64,000 bases of DNA from Gemmatimonadota bacterium (GCA_033720355.1 JAWWCR010000001.1:10364-74363); one strand, 5' to 3'. Positions 49,979 to 60,341 are shown, numbered from the stretch's first letter. The notes: a model not told the origin generated them from the letters alone. A program made the numbers and translations.

Positions 49979-50548
49979 TCAGCGGCGGACGTCCTCGTCG
50001 CCGCCGCCGGGCAGGTACTTCGCGGGGATCGGGCCGGCCCCGATCTCCTCATCCCAGGCAATCGAAGTGATCCACCAGCGGCCGTCGTTGAAGATCATCT
50101 GGAACGTGTTGATGCCCCGGCCGAGGTTCTCGGTCTGGCCGTAAAGATGCTTCTCGTAGGTGCTGAAGACGTGAGCGATGTCGCCGTAGCGCTCGGTCAC
50201 GTTGTGGATTCCGTCCTCCGAGAACCCGTGGTCGCCGGCCCCGCCCACGGTCGTGCCCGCGTCGATCCAATCGATGAAGTCTCGCACGGACAGAACGCGA
50301 AGCGACCCGTTCGTCTGCTCGATCGACGGGATGAGCGAGGCTCCGGGGAGAAACAGGGACTCGAACCGCACCCAGTCGTACCGCTCGCCCGGCGCGCGCG
50401 CGATCGACTCGTACGTCGCGGACACGATGGCCTCGGGAGATGCGACATCGGCCGCGGCGGGGTGGGTCTGTGCGGCTACCGCGTCGGGGGCCGCGGCCGG
50501 AACCAGCAGGGTGAGGGCGAGCAGTCGTACGAGACGGCGGTTATCCAT
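49979..50548 (-). CDS. Exported NTF2-fold (SnoaL/DUF4440-like) protein
   Basis: C-terminal 189 codons of track ORF 49979..51661, starting at ATG 50546-50548. Signal is MDNRRLVRLLALTLLVPAAAPDAVAAQ. FQMIFNDGRWWITSIAWDEE is the typical C-terminal strand pattern of the NTF2-like fold. Confidence 0.55.
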   Translation of the reverse strand: MDNRRLVRLLALTLLVPAAAPDAVAAQTHPAAADVASPEAIVSATYESIARAPGERYDWVRFESLFLPGASLIPSIEQTNGSLRVLSVRDFIDWIDAGTTVGGAGDHGFSEDGIHNVTERYGDIAHVFSTYEKHLYGQTENLGRGINTFQMIFNDGRWWITSIAWDEEIGAGPIPAKYLPGGGDEDVRR

Positions 50549-50818
50549 CGGGACGCTCCTGGCACAGGTTGACGGGCGACGAGCGTCTGAGGCGCCGTCG
50601 CATCTGCAAAAAGGGATACTTTCGCAACAACCGACCGTACCCGCCGCCGTCCATCCGGTTCTCGCGCCTCGAGTCATCGGACGACCGATGTCGCGAAACG
50701 ACCGTTGACCCGCGGGTTCTCGCACCCGCGTCGCCGGGTGTAGCCCGGGGGTGGCCCCGGGTGGCACGGCGCGTGCCCGATCCGGACCCGGATGTCCACC
50801 AGACGGGGGGTTGTACAG

Positions 50819-51427
50819 ATGGGTAGGAGACTTACCGGTTTGAGCACGGCCGTGGCGCTGCTGCTCTTCACGGCCTGTTCGAGCGACGACGTCACCGCAC
50901 CGCTGCCGAGCGGCGGAGATGAGATCTCCGCCAGCGAGGCGGCCGCGATCTCGGAGTTCCTCACGTCGGCGGCGTTCCAGGCCTGGGACTTCGAGGACAT
51001 CGGCGGCGGCGGTGGCGCCGCTCTGCATTCGGGCGTGCCGATCGCGATCGACTACTCCGTCGACGCCAGCGTCGCGTGCCCGCTGGGAGGGCAGATCGGC
51101 GTTCAGGGCGCGATCTCCGGCTCGATCGATGACGCGACGTACTCCGGCAGCCTGGACCTCCAAGTCGCCACGACGGCGACGGCCTGCGGCTTCCTCGCCG
51201 AGGCGACACAGTTCACGCTGGACACGAGCCCGGCTCTCGTGTTGACGGGGGCCTTCTCGTTCGATCAGGGCCAGATGGTCGGCGATGCCGTGTTCGGATA
51301 CGCCGGCGGCGTGCTGTGGGCGGCGGACGATGGCCGCTCGGGTTCGTGCACCTACGACGTGTCGGTCACCGTAAGCCAGACGGGCTCGGTCGTCGAGAGC
51401 GGCACGGTGTGCGGTCAGGCGCTCTGA
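50819..51427 (+). CDS. Hypothetical lipoprotein
   Basis: MGRRLTGLSTAVALLLFTAC has a lipobox. The rest is Gly/Ser/Ala-rich with 4 further Cys. No recognisable family. Confidence 0.5.
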   Translation: MGRRLTGLSTAVALLLFTACSSDDVTAPLPSGGDEISASEAAAISEFLTSAAFQAWDFEDIGGGGGAALHSGVPIAIDYSVDASVACPLGGQIGVQGAISGSIDDATYSGSLDLQVATTATACGFLAEATQFTLDTSPALVLTGAFSFDQGQMVGDAVFGYAGGVLWAADDGRSGSCTYDVSVTVSQTGSVVESGTVCGQAL

Positions 51428-51654
51428 CGCGATCGGCTCGCTCCGTCCCCCCGGGCGGATGAGCCGCGAAACGGGCCGTCCCGCGTTGACGTAGGAGAAG
51501 ACGCGTCCGAGAAAGCCGACAGTCCATCGGACGGGGGCCCAGGAGAGGGTGTGGCAGCTCTCCGGGGCCCCTGTTCGCTTGCCCGCGGCCCTCGCGAGGG
51601 TGAGCTTTGCGGGGCCGGCACGGTCGGCATGAACACGAAGTCCAGGAGCCGAAC

Positions 51655-53454
51655 ATGGCACGAAAGACGGCCCTCGCGGCGTTCCCCGTCGCGATCGTCG
51701 CGATCGCGGCGGTTCTCCTTCTCTTCCCCGCCCTCAATCGTACCCCCGTGATCGCCGCGGGCGACATGGGTGCGTTCGGATTCGTCCCGGGCGAGCTGAT
51801 CGCCGATTTCGACTACAGGGACGTGTCGGGCGACAGGGGATCACTCGAGTCCCTGCTCGAGGGGAACGATGCTCTCGTCATCGTGATGCGTACCGCCGAA
51901 TGTCCGGTGTCCCGTCGCTACGGTACCCGGCTGGCGGAGATGGAGCGGGCGTACCGCGAGCGAGGTGTCCAGTTCGTGTATCTGAACATCAGCCAGCAGG
52001 ACTCGAAGGAGGACGTCGCCGAAGACATCGAGCGGTTCGGGTTTGCGGCGCCGTACATCCTCGACCCCGATCGTGAGATCGGCTCGAGGCTGCAGGCGAG
52101 CATCTCGTCCGAGGTCTTCGTGATCGACGCGGCGAAGACACTTCGCTACCGCGGCGCCGTCGACGACCAGCATGGCATCACCTTCTCGAACCCTCGGGTC
52201 GACGAGCAGTACCTGGCCGATGCGCTCGAGGCCGTGCTCGCCGGCTACGACGTCCGGACGCCCTACACCGAAGCCTCCGGCTGCTATCTCGAAGGCGAGA
52301 CGGCCCTCGTCCCGCAACGCGACGTCACCTACCACAGCAGGATCAGCCGGATCGTCAGTCAGAACTGCGTGACCTGTCACCGCGAGGGCGGCGTCGGGCC
52401 GTTCGCGCTCGACAGCTACGAGCAGCTCTACGGCTTCCGGCACATGGTCAGGTTCATGGTCGGCGAGGGGCTGATGCCCCCGTGGTATGCCTCGCCCGAG
52501 CACGGCGAGTGGTCGAACGATCGCAGCCTGTCGGAACGCGACAAGCGCGATCTGCTCGCGTGGATCGACGCCGGTGCCCCCGAGGGCGACCCCGCCACGG
52601 CGGCCCTCCCGCGTCAGCTCAAGCCGGGCTGGATGCTCGGCGTCGAGCCCGACACGGTGATCACGATCCCCGCGCCGCAGGAAGTGCCGGCGGACGGCGT
52701 ACTCGACTACCGACACGTCTACGTCGAGACGAACTGGCCCGAGGACAAGTGGGTCCGGGCCGCGGAGGTCGTGCCGACGGCCAGGCAGGTGACGCACCAC
52801 GTCATCGTCTACCTCGAGGACGAGGACGACGAGGAGCGCGGCGGGTGGCTCGTCGGGTACGCCCCGGGTGTCCCGGCGCGCGACTGGGGCGAGAATACCG
52901 GGAAGCGGATCCCGGCCGGCCAGACGCTCATGTTCGAGCTCCACTACACGACGAATGGAGAGCCGGCGGTCGACGAGACCCGCGTGGGACTCTACTTCCA
53001 CGACGAGCCGCCGCCCGAAGAGGTGTACATGGCCGCGGTCGCGACCGACGAGTTCGAGATCCCGCCGCACGCGGCGAACCACGAGGTCGTCGCCGAGCTC
53101 GAGTTCGAGAACCCCGGACGGATCATCTCGCTGTTGCCGCACATGCACCTGCGCGGGAAAGCGTTCCGCTACGATCTCGTGCGGGCCGACGGATCGAGCG
53201 AGACGCTGCTCGACGTGCCGCGGTACGACTTCAACTGGCAGATGACCTACAAGCCGGTCCACCCGTTCGAGATCCGGGCGGGCGACAGGCTCATCGGGAC
53301 CGCCTGGTACGACAACAGCGAGGGCAACCCGGCGAACCCGGATCCGAGCCAGCCGGTGCGCTACGGCGAGCAGAGCTTCGAGGAGATGATGTTCGGCTTC
53401 TTCGAGCTGCTGCCCGGCGAGGCGCCCGGCGAGGAGTCCTCCCGGGATCAGTGA
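51655..53454 (+). CDS. Three-module redox protein: thioredoxin-fold (CxxS) + cytochrome c (CXXCH) + PHM/DBH-like copper monooxygenase-type domain
   Basis: ATG 51655 gives 599 aa with an N-terminal TM/signal. The redoxin-like block is ALVIVMRTAECPVSRRY...VFVIDAAKTLRYRG. Then come CVTCH (C238/C241/H242) + GLMPPW, THHV (H381/382), ELH (H430), PHMHLRGK (H496/498) and FEEMMFGF (M578/579). Paralog of 722..2143. Confidence 0.8.
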   Translation: MARKTALAAFPVAIVAIAAVLLLFPALNRTPVIAAGDMGAFGFVPGELIADFDYRDVSGDRGSLESLLEGNDALVIVMRTAECPVSRRYGTRLAEMERAYRERGVQFVYLNISQQDSKEDVAEDIERFGFAAPYILDPDREIGSRLQASISSEVFVIDAAKTLRYRGAVDDQHGITFSNPRVDEQYLADALEAVLAGYDVRTPYTEASGCYLEGETALVPQRDVTYHSRISRIVSQNCVTCHREGGVGPFALDSYEQLYGFRHMVRFMVGEGLMPPWYASPEHGEWSNDRSLSERDKRDLLAWIDAGAPEGDPATAALPRQLKPGWMLGVEPDTVITIPAPQEVPADGVLDYRHVYVETNWPEDKWVRAAEVVPTARQVTHHVIVYLEDEDDEERGGWLVGYAPGVPARDWGENTGKRIPAGQTLMFELHYTTNGEPAVDETRVGLYFHDEPPPEEVYMAAVATDEFEIPPHAANHEVVAELEFENPGRIISLLPHMHLRGKAFRYDLVRADGSSETLLDVPRYDFNWQMTYKPVHPFEIRAGDRLIGTAWYDNSEGNPANPDPSQPVRYGEQSFEEMMFGFFELLPGEAPGEESSRDQ

Positions 53455-53552
53455 GGACCAGTCACGGCGATCGTGACGAACGGTATGGCGGCGTGGGCCC
53501 GGGGCGCTGAGCGCTCCGGGCTTTCGCGTATCGGGGTGGGGCGCATCCCCGA

Positions 53553-55130
53553 GTGGGCATGACCCACGACGACGGTTCGAGCCGGGGCGGCGCCCGGACG
53601 GACTCACTGAGCACGGCGGACCTGCTGGACGATCTCGGCCGTCGGTCGATCCGGTCGGGCGCCGTGCGGGTGGGAGCCCAGGCGGTACAGGTGGTCCTCG
53701 CCGTGGCCGGCGGCGCGATCCTCGCGCGGATCCTGACGCCCGGAGACTTCGGTGTCTTCGCGATGGCCCTCTCGGTCATCGGGTTCATCATGTGGGTGCG
53801 CGACTTCGGGCTCCCCCTGGCCGCGACCCAGCGCGAGTCGCTCGATCACGGCCAGGCGAGCGCACTGTTCCGCATCTCGCTCGCCCTGTCGGCGCTGATG
53901 GCGCTACTCGTGCTCGTGACCGCCCCCGCCGTGGCCGATTTCTATGACGAGCCGCGTCTCGTCGGAGTGCTCGCCGTAATGGCCGCCGCGACGCTGGTCG
54001 GCGGGATCTCGATCGTCCCCGAGGGCGTGCTGATACGCGGGATGCGCTTCGCCCCGCTCGCCACCGTCGAGGTCGCCGCGGCCGTCGCCAGCCTTGTCGC
54101 GGGTCTGTCGGTGGCGTTGCTCGGGGGCGGCTACTGGGCGCTCGTCGCCCAGCACGCGGCTCTCGTATCGATGAGAAGCATCGGCATCACCCTGTCGGCG
54201 CGGTGGAGGCCATCGCTGCGGGTCGACGGGGCGAGCGTCCGGGCCGCACGGGGAATGCTGCGTTACGGCGGACAGCTGACCCTGACGAGAGTCCTCCAGT
54301 ACTTCGCGCTGAACACGGACCGCATCGTCCTCGGCTACTACTACGGCAGCCAGACGCTCGGGCTCTACGACAACTCGTACCGCTGGTCCCGCTACCCCGT
54401 CCGGCAGGTATTCGGCCCCCTGCGCAACGTGATCGTATCGGCGCTCAGCCGGCTTCAGCGGCACGACCGCCGGTTTCGCGCCGCGTTTGCGCGTTCCGGG
54501 GTCCCGGTGTTCACGGTCTCCGTCCCCGCGCTCGCCTACATGGCCGTCGACACCCCGACGGTGATCCTCGCGGTGCTCGGCGAGCAGTGGACCGAGGCCG
54601 TACCGATGTTCCGCTTCCTGACACTGTCGGCGCTCGCGGCGGCGGTCCGCGGTTCGCTCAACTGGGCGTACCTGTCGGAGGGGCGCACGCGTCACCAGCT
54701 GGGGTGGGAGCTCGTGTCCGCTCCGATCATGATCGGGGCGATCTTCATCGGTCTGCGGGTCGGGCCTCTCGGTGTAGCGATTGCGCATGCCGCCGCGTCC
54801 TGGCTCCTGATCCCCCCGGGCGTCTGGTACTGTACCCGGGACTCGCGGTTGCGCGTCGGAGATCTCGTCTCCGCCTGGTGGCGCCCCTTCGTCGCCGCAT
54901 CTGCGGGAGTCGTCGTTCTCTACCTCTGGTCACCCGCGCTCACGCGCGCCGTAACGCCGGGGACGGGCGAGCTGGCGGCGCTGGGCCACGCGCTGGTTCG
55001 CGGGTCGGCATTCCTGGCCATCTACGCCATGGTGTGGCTGACGCTACCGGGCGCTCGCGAGCGGCTCGACGACCTGCACGCGATCGTCCGCCACCTGAAG
55101 CCGGGCGGGCCGAGCCACGACGAAGTCTGA
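53553..55130 (+). CDS. Polysaccharide/oligosaccharide flippase (Wzx-like, MOP superfamily)
   Basis: 525-aa polytopic ORF with about 12-14 TM. The N-terminal pattern (LGRRSIRSGAVRVGAQAVQVVLAVAGGAILARILTPGDFGVFAMA) is typical of Wzx/polysaccharide biosynthesis proteins. Confidence 0.65.
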   Translation: MGMTHDDGSSRGGARTDSLSTADLLDDLGRRSIRSGAVRVGAQAVQVVLAVAGGAILARILTPGDFGVFAMALSVIGFIMWVRDFGLPLAATQRESLDHGQASALFRISLALSALMALLVLVTAPAVADFYDEPRLVGVLAVMAAATLVGGISIVPEGVLIRGMRFAPLATVEVAAAVASLVAGLSVALLGGGYWALVAQHAALVSMRSIGITLSARWRPSLRVDGASVRAARGMLRYGGQLTLTRVLQYFALNTDRIVLGYYYGSQTLGLYDNSYRWSRYPVRQVFGPLRNVIVSALSRLQRHDRRFRAAFARSGVPVFTVSVPALAYMAVDTPTVILAVLGEQWTEAVPMFRFLTLSALAAAVRGSLNWAYLSEGRTRHQLGWELVSAPIMIGAIFIGLRVGPLGVAIAHAAASWLLIPPGVWYCTRDSRLRVGDLVSAWWRPFVAASAGVVVLYLWSPALTRAVTPGTGELAALGHALVRGSAFLAIYAMVWLTLPGARERLDDLHAIVRHLKPGGPSHDEV

Positions 55131-55164
55131 CGACACAGGCCGATCGTGGTTTCAGCGAGGCCGC

Positions 55165-57234
55165 TCAGGACGGAGAGGTGAGGCCGCTCGTCGAGTGCAG
55201 GAGCTCGTCGATCGCGTCCTCGAGACCCGACAGCGTGTAGGGCTTCGGCAGGAAGCGCGCCGGTCCGTACTCGGCGAGGACCTCGATCGGCGAAAGGACG
55301 TACCCGCTCGAGAGAAGCACCGGGATGTCGCGTCCGCTCTGACGGATCTCCCTCAGCACCTCCACCCCGCTCATCCCGGGCATCGTGATGTCGAGGAGGA
55401 TGCACGTGAGCACGTCGCCGTGCTCGGCGACGGCCTCCAGAGCGGCGTGCCCGTCGCTCGCCTCGACGACCTGGTACCCGAGTCGACGCACGAGGGCCAC
55501 GGCCGCGCGTCGCACCGATGGTTCGTCGTCCACGACCAGCACGGCCCCCGTCCGCCGCTCGAGATCGGGGATCGGGGGGGTCGGTACTGTGTCGATCGGC
55601 GCATCCTCGAGCGGGAAGATGAGGGTGAAGACTGTGCCTGCCCCCAGCTCGCTACGGACGTTCAGCGCGCCTCCGTGTCCGCGCACGATCCCGAGCACCG
55701 ATGCGAGGCCGAGACCGCGGCCGGCGCCCCGGGTCGTGAAGACGGGGTCGAAGATGCGTTCGAGGTTGTCGGCGGCGATCCCCTCGCCGGTGTCCTCCAC
55801 CTCGAGCACGGCGACGGGGCCCTCCGGTGGATCGAGGTAGAACACACCCCTCTCGCGATACCAGTTCGCGTCGAGCGCCGCGTACGTCCGGACGGTGATC
55901 TGACCCCTTCGCACCCCGAGGGCATCGCCCGCGTTCGCGAACAGGTTGAGGATGACCCGACGCAGCTGACCCGTGTCCGCCATCACCGGCAGATCCTCGG
56001 GCGCCAGATCGTAGTTCAGGACGGTGCCCTTCGGGACCGTGACCCTGAGGAGAGACGTGATCTCGCTGACCACGGACGAGAGATCGACGACGGAGCGTTC
56101 GTAGGGGCCCTGCCCGGCGTACGCAAGCAGCTGACGGCACAGCTCGGTAGCGCGTTCCGATGCCCTCACGGACTGGTCGAGCGCGTCGTACGTGGGATCG
56201 GAAGGATCCGTGTCCATGAGGATGAGGTCCACGTTGCCCATGATCGCGACGAGCAGGTTGTTGAAGTCGTGCGCGATCCCGCCGGCGAGCGCCCCGAGAC
56301 TCTCGAGCTTCTCGGAGCGCCGCACCCGCCGCTCGAGTCGCTCCTGCTCGACCTGCGCACCTGTCCGCTCGGCGACGAGACCCGCGACGAAGAGCGTCGA
56401 GAACTCGGCGGCGCACACGTAGACGAGCGTCAGCACGAGGCTCGTGTTCGGCGACACGTGGGTGAACGGGCCGATCCCGGCGAGGGTGCCGACGAGCGCG
56501 AACGCCGCGGCGGCGAAGCTGGCCGAGGAGGCCCCGAACTGACCGCACCTGTACGCGGACCAGATCAGGAAGGGGAACGAGAGGAAGGTGAGCGGGAGGC
56601 TCGAAACGCTCGCGGGCACGATCGGCGTGAAGCTGATCGACAGGGTGACCGCCAGACCGATGCAAATCGCCGCCGCCTCCCAGAACGGGATCCTCGGGGG
56701 CGCGGGCGAGATGCCGGGGAAGGACAGGATCAGCGGCGTGAGGACCACGCATCCCATCACGTGGGTGAGCCACCACATGAACCACAACTCGCCCGGGCTC
56801 CGGAGACCGGAGGTGAGCGCCAGCGTACCGACGCTGACGACGGACGACAGCGCGGTGGCGACCACGAGCGCGAGGGTGAACGTGATGAGATCGATCCGGC
56901 TCTGGAGCCGTCGACCGATCCCCGCCCGCTCGAAGATCCACACGAGGAGAAGGATCTCCCCCGTGTTCGCGACCGCCGTCGCGAGGACGAAGAGCGGTGT
57001 GCCGCCCGAGAGGGCCGTCGTGAGCGCCGCGCCGATCGCGACCCCCGGCCAGAGGCGGACGCCGCCCAGGATCAGCCAGGCCAGCGCGATGCCGCTCGGG
57101 AGCCAGATCATCCGGCGCAGCTCGAGGGTCGCCTCGGGCAACGACAGCACCCCGATGCCGGTTACCGCGTAGACGGCTGCGAGCGCGATGGTCCCGAGGA
57201 TCCGTCTGTTCGTCTGTCGGGTCGAGGTGGACAC
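55165..57234 (-). CDS. Hybrid sensor histidine kinase (MASE1-like membrane sensor + HisKA/HATPase + receiver)
   Basis: Trimmed to GTG 57232-57234. It has about 8 TM helices, then the H-box GGIAHDFNNLL, the N-box ILNLFANAGDA, the G-boxes DTGEGI / GRGLGLA, and the receiver VLVVDDEP...LLDITMPGMSG...PKP. Confidence 0.8.
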   Translation of the reverse strand: MSTSTRQTNRRILGTIALAAVYAVTGIGVLSLPEATLELRRMIWLPSGIALAWLILGGVRLWPGVAIGAALTTALSGGTPLFVLATAVANTGEILLLVWIFERAGIGRRLQSRIDLITFTLALVVATALSSVVSVGTLALTSGLRSPGELWFMWWLTHVMGCVVLTPLILSFPGISPAPPRIPFWEAAAICIGLAVTLSISFTPIVPASVSSLPLTFLSFPFLIWSAYRCGQFGASSASFAAAAFALVGTLAGIGPFTHVSPNTSLVLTLVYVCAAEFSTLFVAGLVAERTGAQVEQERLERRVRRSEKLESLGALAGGIAHDFNNLLVAIMGNVDLILMDTDPSDPTYDALDQSVRASERATELCRQLLAYAGQGPYERSVVDLSSVVSEITSLLRVTVPKGTVLNYDLAPEDLPVMADTGQLRRVILNLFANAGDALGVRRGQITVRTYAALDANWYRERGVFYLDPPEGPVAVLEVEDTGEGIAADNLERIFDPVFTTRGAGRGLGLASVLGIVRGHGGALNVRSELGAGTVFTLIFPLEDAPIDTVPTPPIPDLERRTGAVLVVDDEPSVRRAAVALVRRLGYQVVEASDGHAALEAVAEHGDVLTCILLDITMPGMSGVEVLREIRQSGRDIPVLLSSGYVLSPIEVLAEYGPARFLPKPYTLSGLEDAIDELLHSTSGLTSPS

Positions 57235-57602
57235 GGCGCCGGTTCCACTGAAGACAGGGCGGCCGCACGACGGATATGCCGTGGGCCGCGGTTCGTCGAT
57301 AGTGAGGGGCGCTACCCTCGAACGAAAGGGGTCGCGGGATCCGCCGCCCCGCCGCCGCTCCCGGATCGGGGACGATCGCGCACGGTGACTCGCCCTCGCG
57401 CTCCGGGCGATTCGCCACGCCGCGTGCGTAACGGCAAGTCGGACAGGCTCTACGTCGCGGCAACGCCGGTCGGGCGGTTCGCGAGACGCATGTCCCCGCA
57501 CGGACGCGAACCCGCGGGTCTCGCCACGGCGGGACCCGTTCCCCGCCGCCACGGCGGCCGATGCCCCGGCGCCGGAACACTCCGTGCAGGCACGCGGTGC
57601 GC

Positions 57603-58865
57603 ATGAGAATCGCGCGTAGTTACGGGCTGGTCGCCGCGGTGTTGACCGCGAGCTGCGGAGAGCGACCGCCTGAACCGGTAGAGCCTTCGGCACCCCCCGT
57701 GCGACGGGATTCGGCGGGCATCCGTATCGTGGAGAACTCCGCCCCTGCCCGCACCGGGGGATGGTCCTGGCGTCTCGCGGACCGCCCGTCCCTGACGATC
57801 CGATCGGTGCTCGCGAACGAGAGGAGTCCGCTCGTCGAGCCGGTGAGCGCGTACCGGAGGGCCGACGGCTCGTACGTAGTGGCGGACGGCGGCTTCTCGA
57901 CCTTCAACGAGGTGCTGGTGTTCAACGGCAGGGGCCGCCTGGTCTCGTCCTTCGGCGGCACGGGCGACGGGCCGGGAGAGTTCCTTCAGGTCTGGTGGGC
58001 TCTTTCGTACCGGGGTGACTCGATCGCCGTCTACGATATCCGAAATACCGTCTCGATCTTCGACGACGACGGAGCCTTCGGCCGCACCGTGCGTCTTCCG
58101 GACTTCTCCAGACCCCGATCGTCGGTCCCGACCGGAACCACCTCCTGGGCCCACGCGGTCTACGAGGACGGGTCCTTCCTGGCATCACCCTCCGGAACCA
58201 CCCTGGATGAGGGGCCGGGCGCCCTCACCTTCGAGGCGGAGCTGCTCCGCGTCGGTCCGGATGGGGCCTCGTGGGACACGCTCGGCGTCTTTCCGGTGTC
58301 GCAGGTTCACTGGGACGGCAGGACGCTGGGTGCCTATCCGTTCGAGCGTATCGGACACCGCGCGCTTCGGGGCGGGGAGCTCGTGTTCGGGAACGGCGAG
58401 ACGTGGGAGATCCGCGTGTACGCCCCGGACGGACATCTGAGTCAGGTCGTGCGCAGAAACGACGCACCCGAGCCGGTGACGGCCGCGGACATGGACAGGT
58501 GGACGGAGTGGAACGTGGGCCGGCACGCGAGCGGCCCCGAGGGCGGGTCCGCGGCCATGGAACGCGCGAGCGAACGCGCGGAACGGGTGGAGCCCCCCGA
58601 GACGAAGCCGGCCTTCTCCTACCTGCTCGTCGACGGGGCAGGCAACATCTGGGCGGAGAACTATCGCTGGGCCTGGGATGATGTCCCACCGGACCCCGGA
58701 CCGGCGACGTGGTCGGTCTTCGACCCCGATGGGGAGTGGATCACGGACGTCGAGGTTCCCGCCCGTCTGCTGCTGCGATGGGTCGGGACGGAGTACGCCA
58801 TCGGGTTCCACGTCGACGAGCTGGATGCGAAGCACGTGCAGGTGTTCGAGATCCGGAAGCCCTGA
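57603..58865 (+). CDS. Lipoprotein, probable 6-bladed beta-propeller
   Basis: MRIARSYGLVAAVLTASC has a lipobox. Repeated DG..YV.D / G.GPGEF strand-like units occur (GTGDGPGEFLQV). No catalytic motif recognised. Confidence 0.55.
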   Translation: MRIARSYGLVAAVLTASCGERPPEPVEPSAPPVRRDSAGIRIVENSAPARTGGWSWRLADRPSLTIRSVLANERSPLVEPVSAYRRADGSYVVADGGFSTFNEVLVFNGRGRLVSSFGGTGDGPGEFLQVWWALSYRGDSIAVYDIRNTVSIFDDDGAFGRTVRLPDFSRPRSSVPTGTTSWAHAVYEDGSFLASPSGTTLDEGPGALTFEAELLRVGPDGASWDTLGVFPVSQVHWDGRTLGAYPFERIGHRALRGGELVFGNGETWEIRVYAPDGHLSQVVRRNDAPEPVTAADMDRWTEWNVGRHASGPEGGSAAMERASERAERVEPPETKPAFSYLLVDGAGNIWAENYRWAWDDVPPDPGPATWSVFDPDGEWITDVEVPARLLLRWVGTEYAIGFHVDELDAKHVQVFEIRKP

Positions 58866-58892
58866 CCGAAGCGTACGTCGTGGAGACCGGCG

Positions 58893-60341
58893 TCAGCGCT
58901 CCGGTCTCCACGCGGTTTCGCCGGCTTCGTCGGCCGGACCGATGGACCCCTCGACGGACGCGAGCAACGCGTCGGCCTCGTGGAGGACGCCGCGGGACAC
59001 TACGTACTCGACGTCCCGCGCGGCGCGGATGTCGTCCAGCGGATTCCCTCTCACCACGAACAGGTCCGCCAGCTTGCCGACGGCGATGCTGCCGAGCTCA
59101 TCGTCCACCCCGAACGCCCGCGCGCCGTTGAGCGACGCGATCCGCAGCACGTCGGCCGGCGGGATCCCGGCCCGGGCCATTGCGAGCATCTCGCGGTGGG
59201 CCCCGAAGCCCGACCAGTAGCGTCCCCAGCTCGGGTGATCGGTGCCGAGCGTCATGAGATCGCGGCCGCCCCCTTCGTAGAAGGCGAGCGCGGTGCGGCG
59301 CTTGATCGGCGACATCAGGGCGAACGACTCGAGAACCGGGCGCTCGGGACGGGCCTCGATGATCTCTCGCATGTAGGGGGTGAGGAACCGGAGCTCGTCG
59401 GTCCAGTAGGCCGTCATCTCCGGGTCGTGCGGGCCCCAGTATCCGTAGATCGAGAGCGTCGCGTCGAAGTTGACGCCGTGCTCGACGTAGAGAGCGATGA
59501 TGTCGCGGAGCTCGGGCCCGTCGAAGTCGTCGAATACCTGCAGGGACGCATAGGCGGAGCGGTCGGCCGGCATCATGTCGCCACCGAGAAAGTGCTCCAC
59601 GCGGTCGATCCCCATGAGAATCGCGTCGCGCGGGTTCACCGACCCCCGGAACCCCGAGTCGAGGTGGCCGGTCACGGTGAGCCCGTGCGCGTGCGCCGCC
59701 TCGATGAGCGGAGCCAGGTGCTCCGGTCTGATGCCCTTCGCCTTGAAGCCCTGTACCCCCTGCTCGACCCGGAAGTCGACCTCGGCCCGGATCGAATCGG
59801 GGGTCATCGCGTCGTCGTCCCACCCGCGGCGCCACGACCCGAAGTAGGGGCCCGAGTTGAAGATCCGGGGGCCCGGCCGCTCGCCGGCGTCGATGGCCAT
59901 CCGCAGATCGCGCATCGCATCGGGGTCCATCTCGCCGGCCGGGAAGGTCGAGGTGACGCCGTTCGCCAGAAACAACGCGGGATAGGCGCTCGTCTCGTCG
60001 ACCCGTCCGTCACCGAACAGGTCGACGGCGTAGTGCGCGTGGACGTCGAACAGCCCGGGGAGGACGACCCGGTCGTCTTCGAGCTCGAGGCGGCGTGCGG
60101 CGTCACCGGCCCCCGACCCGTCGAGCGAGACGAGTCGGCCGGCCCGGATCACGATGCCGGTGTTCGCGACCAGCACGCCCGTCTCGACGTCGAGCCAGCG
60201 CCCGCCGATCACGACGAGGTCGCGTCCGGTCTCGGGCGCGTTGTCCGGGCTCGCGTCCGGCGTCGCCCCGCCACACCCCGCGGTGACGGCGACAAGCAGC
60301 GGGAGCGCCGCCCTGCGAGCTCGTCTGCTCATCTCGCCCAT
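58893..60341 (-). CDS. Amidohydrolase-superfamily metallo-hydrolase, lipoprotein-type signal
   Basis: C-terminal part of track ORF 58893..61265. ATG 60339-60341 overlaps the upstream stop (ATGA). LLVAVTAGC lipobox. Motifs: LPGLFDVHAHY (HxH), TGHL, VEH and GTDHP. Confidence 0.75.
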   Translation of the reverse strand: MGEMSRRARRAALPLLVAVTAGCGGATPDASPDNAPETGRDLVVIGGRWLDVETGVLVANTGIVIRAGRLVSLDGSGAGDAARRLELEDDRVVLPGLFDVHAHYAVDLFGDGRVDETSAYPALFLANGVTSTFPAGEMDPDAMRDLRMAIDAGERPGPRIFNSGPYFGSWRRGWDDDAMTPDSIRAEVDFRVEQGVQGFKAKGIRPEHLAPLIEAAHAHGLTVTGHLDSGFRGSVNPRDAILMGIDRVEHFLGGDMMPADRSAYASLQVFDDFDGPELRDIIALYVEHGVNFDATLSIYGYWGPHDPEMTAYWTDELRFLTPYMREIIEARPERPVLESFALMSPIKRRTALAFYEGGGRDLMTLGTDHPSWGRYWSGFGAHREMLAMARAGIPPADVLRIASLNGARAFGVDDELGSIAVGKLADLFVVRGNPLDDIRAARDVEYVVSRGVLHEADALLASVEGSIGPADEAGETAWRPER

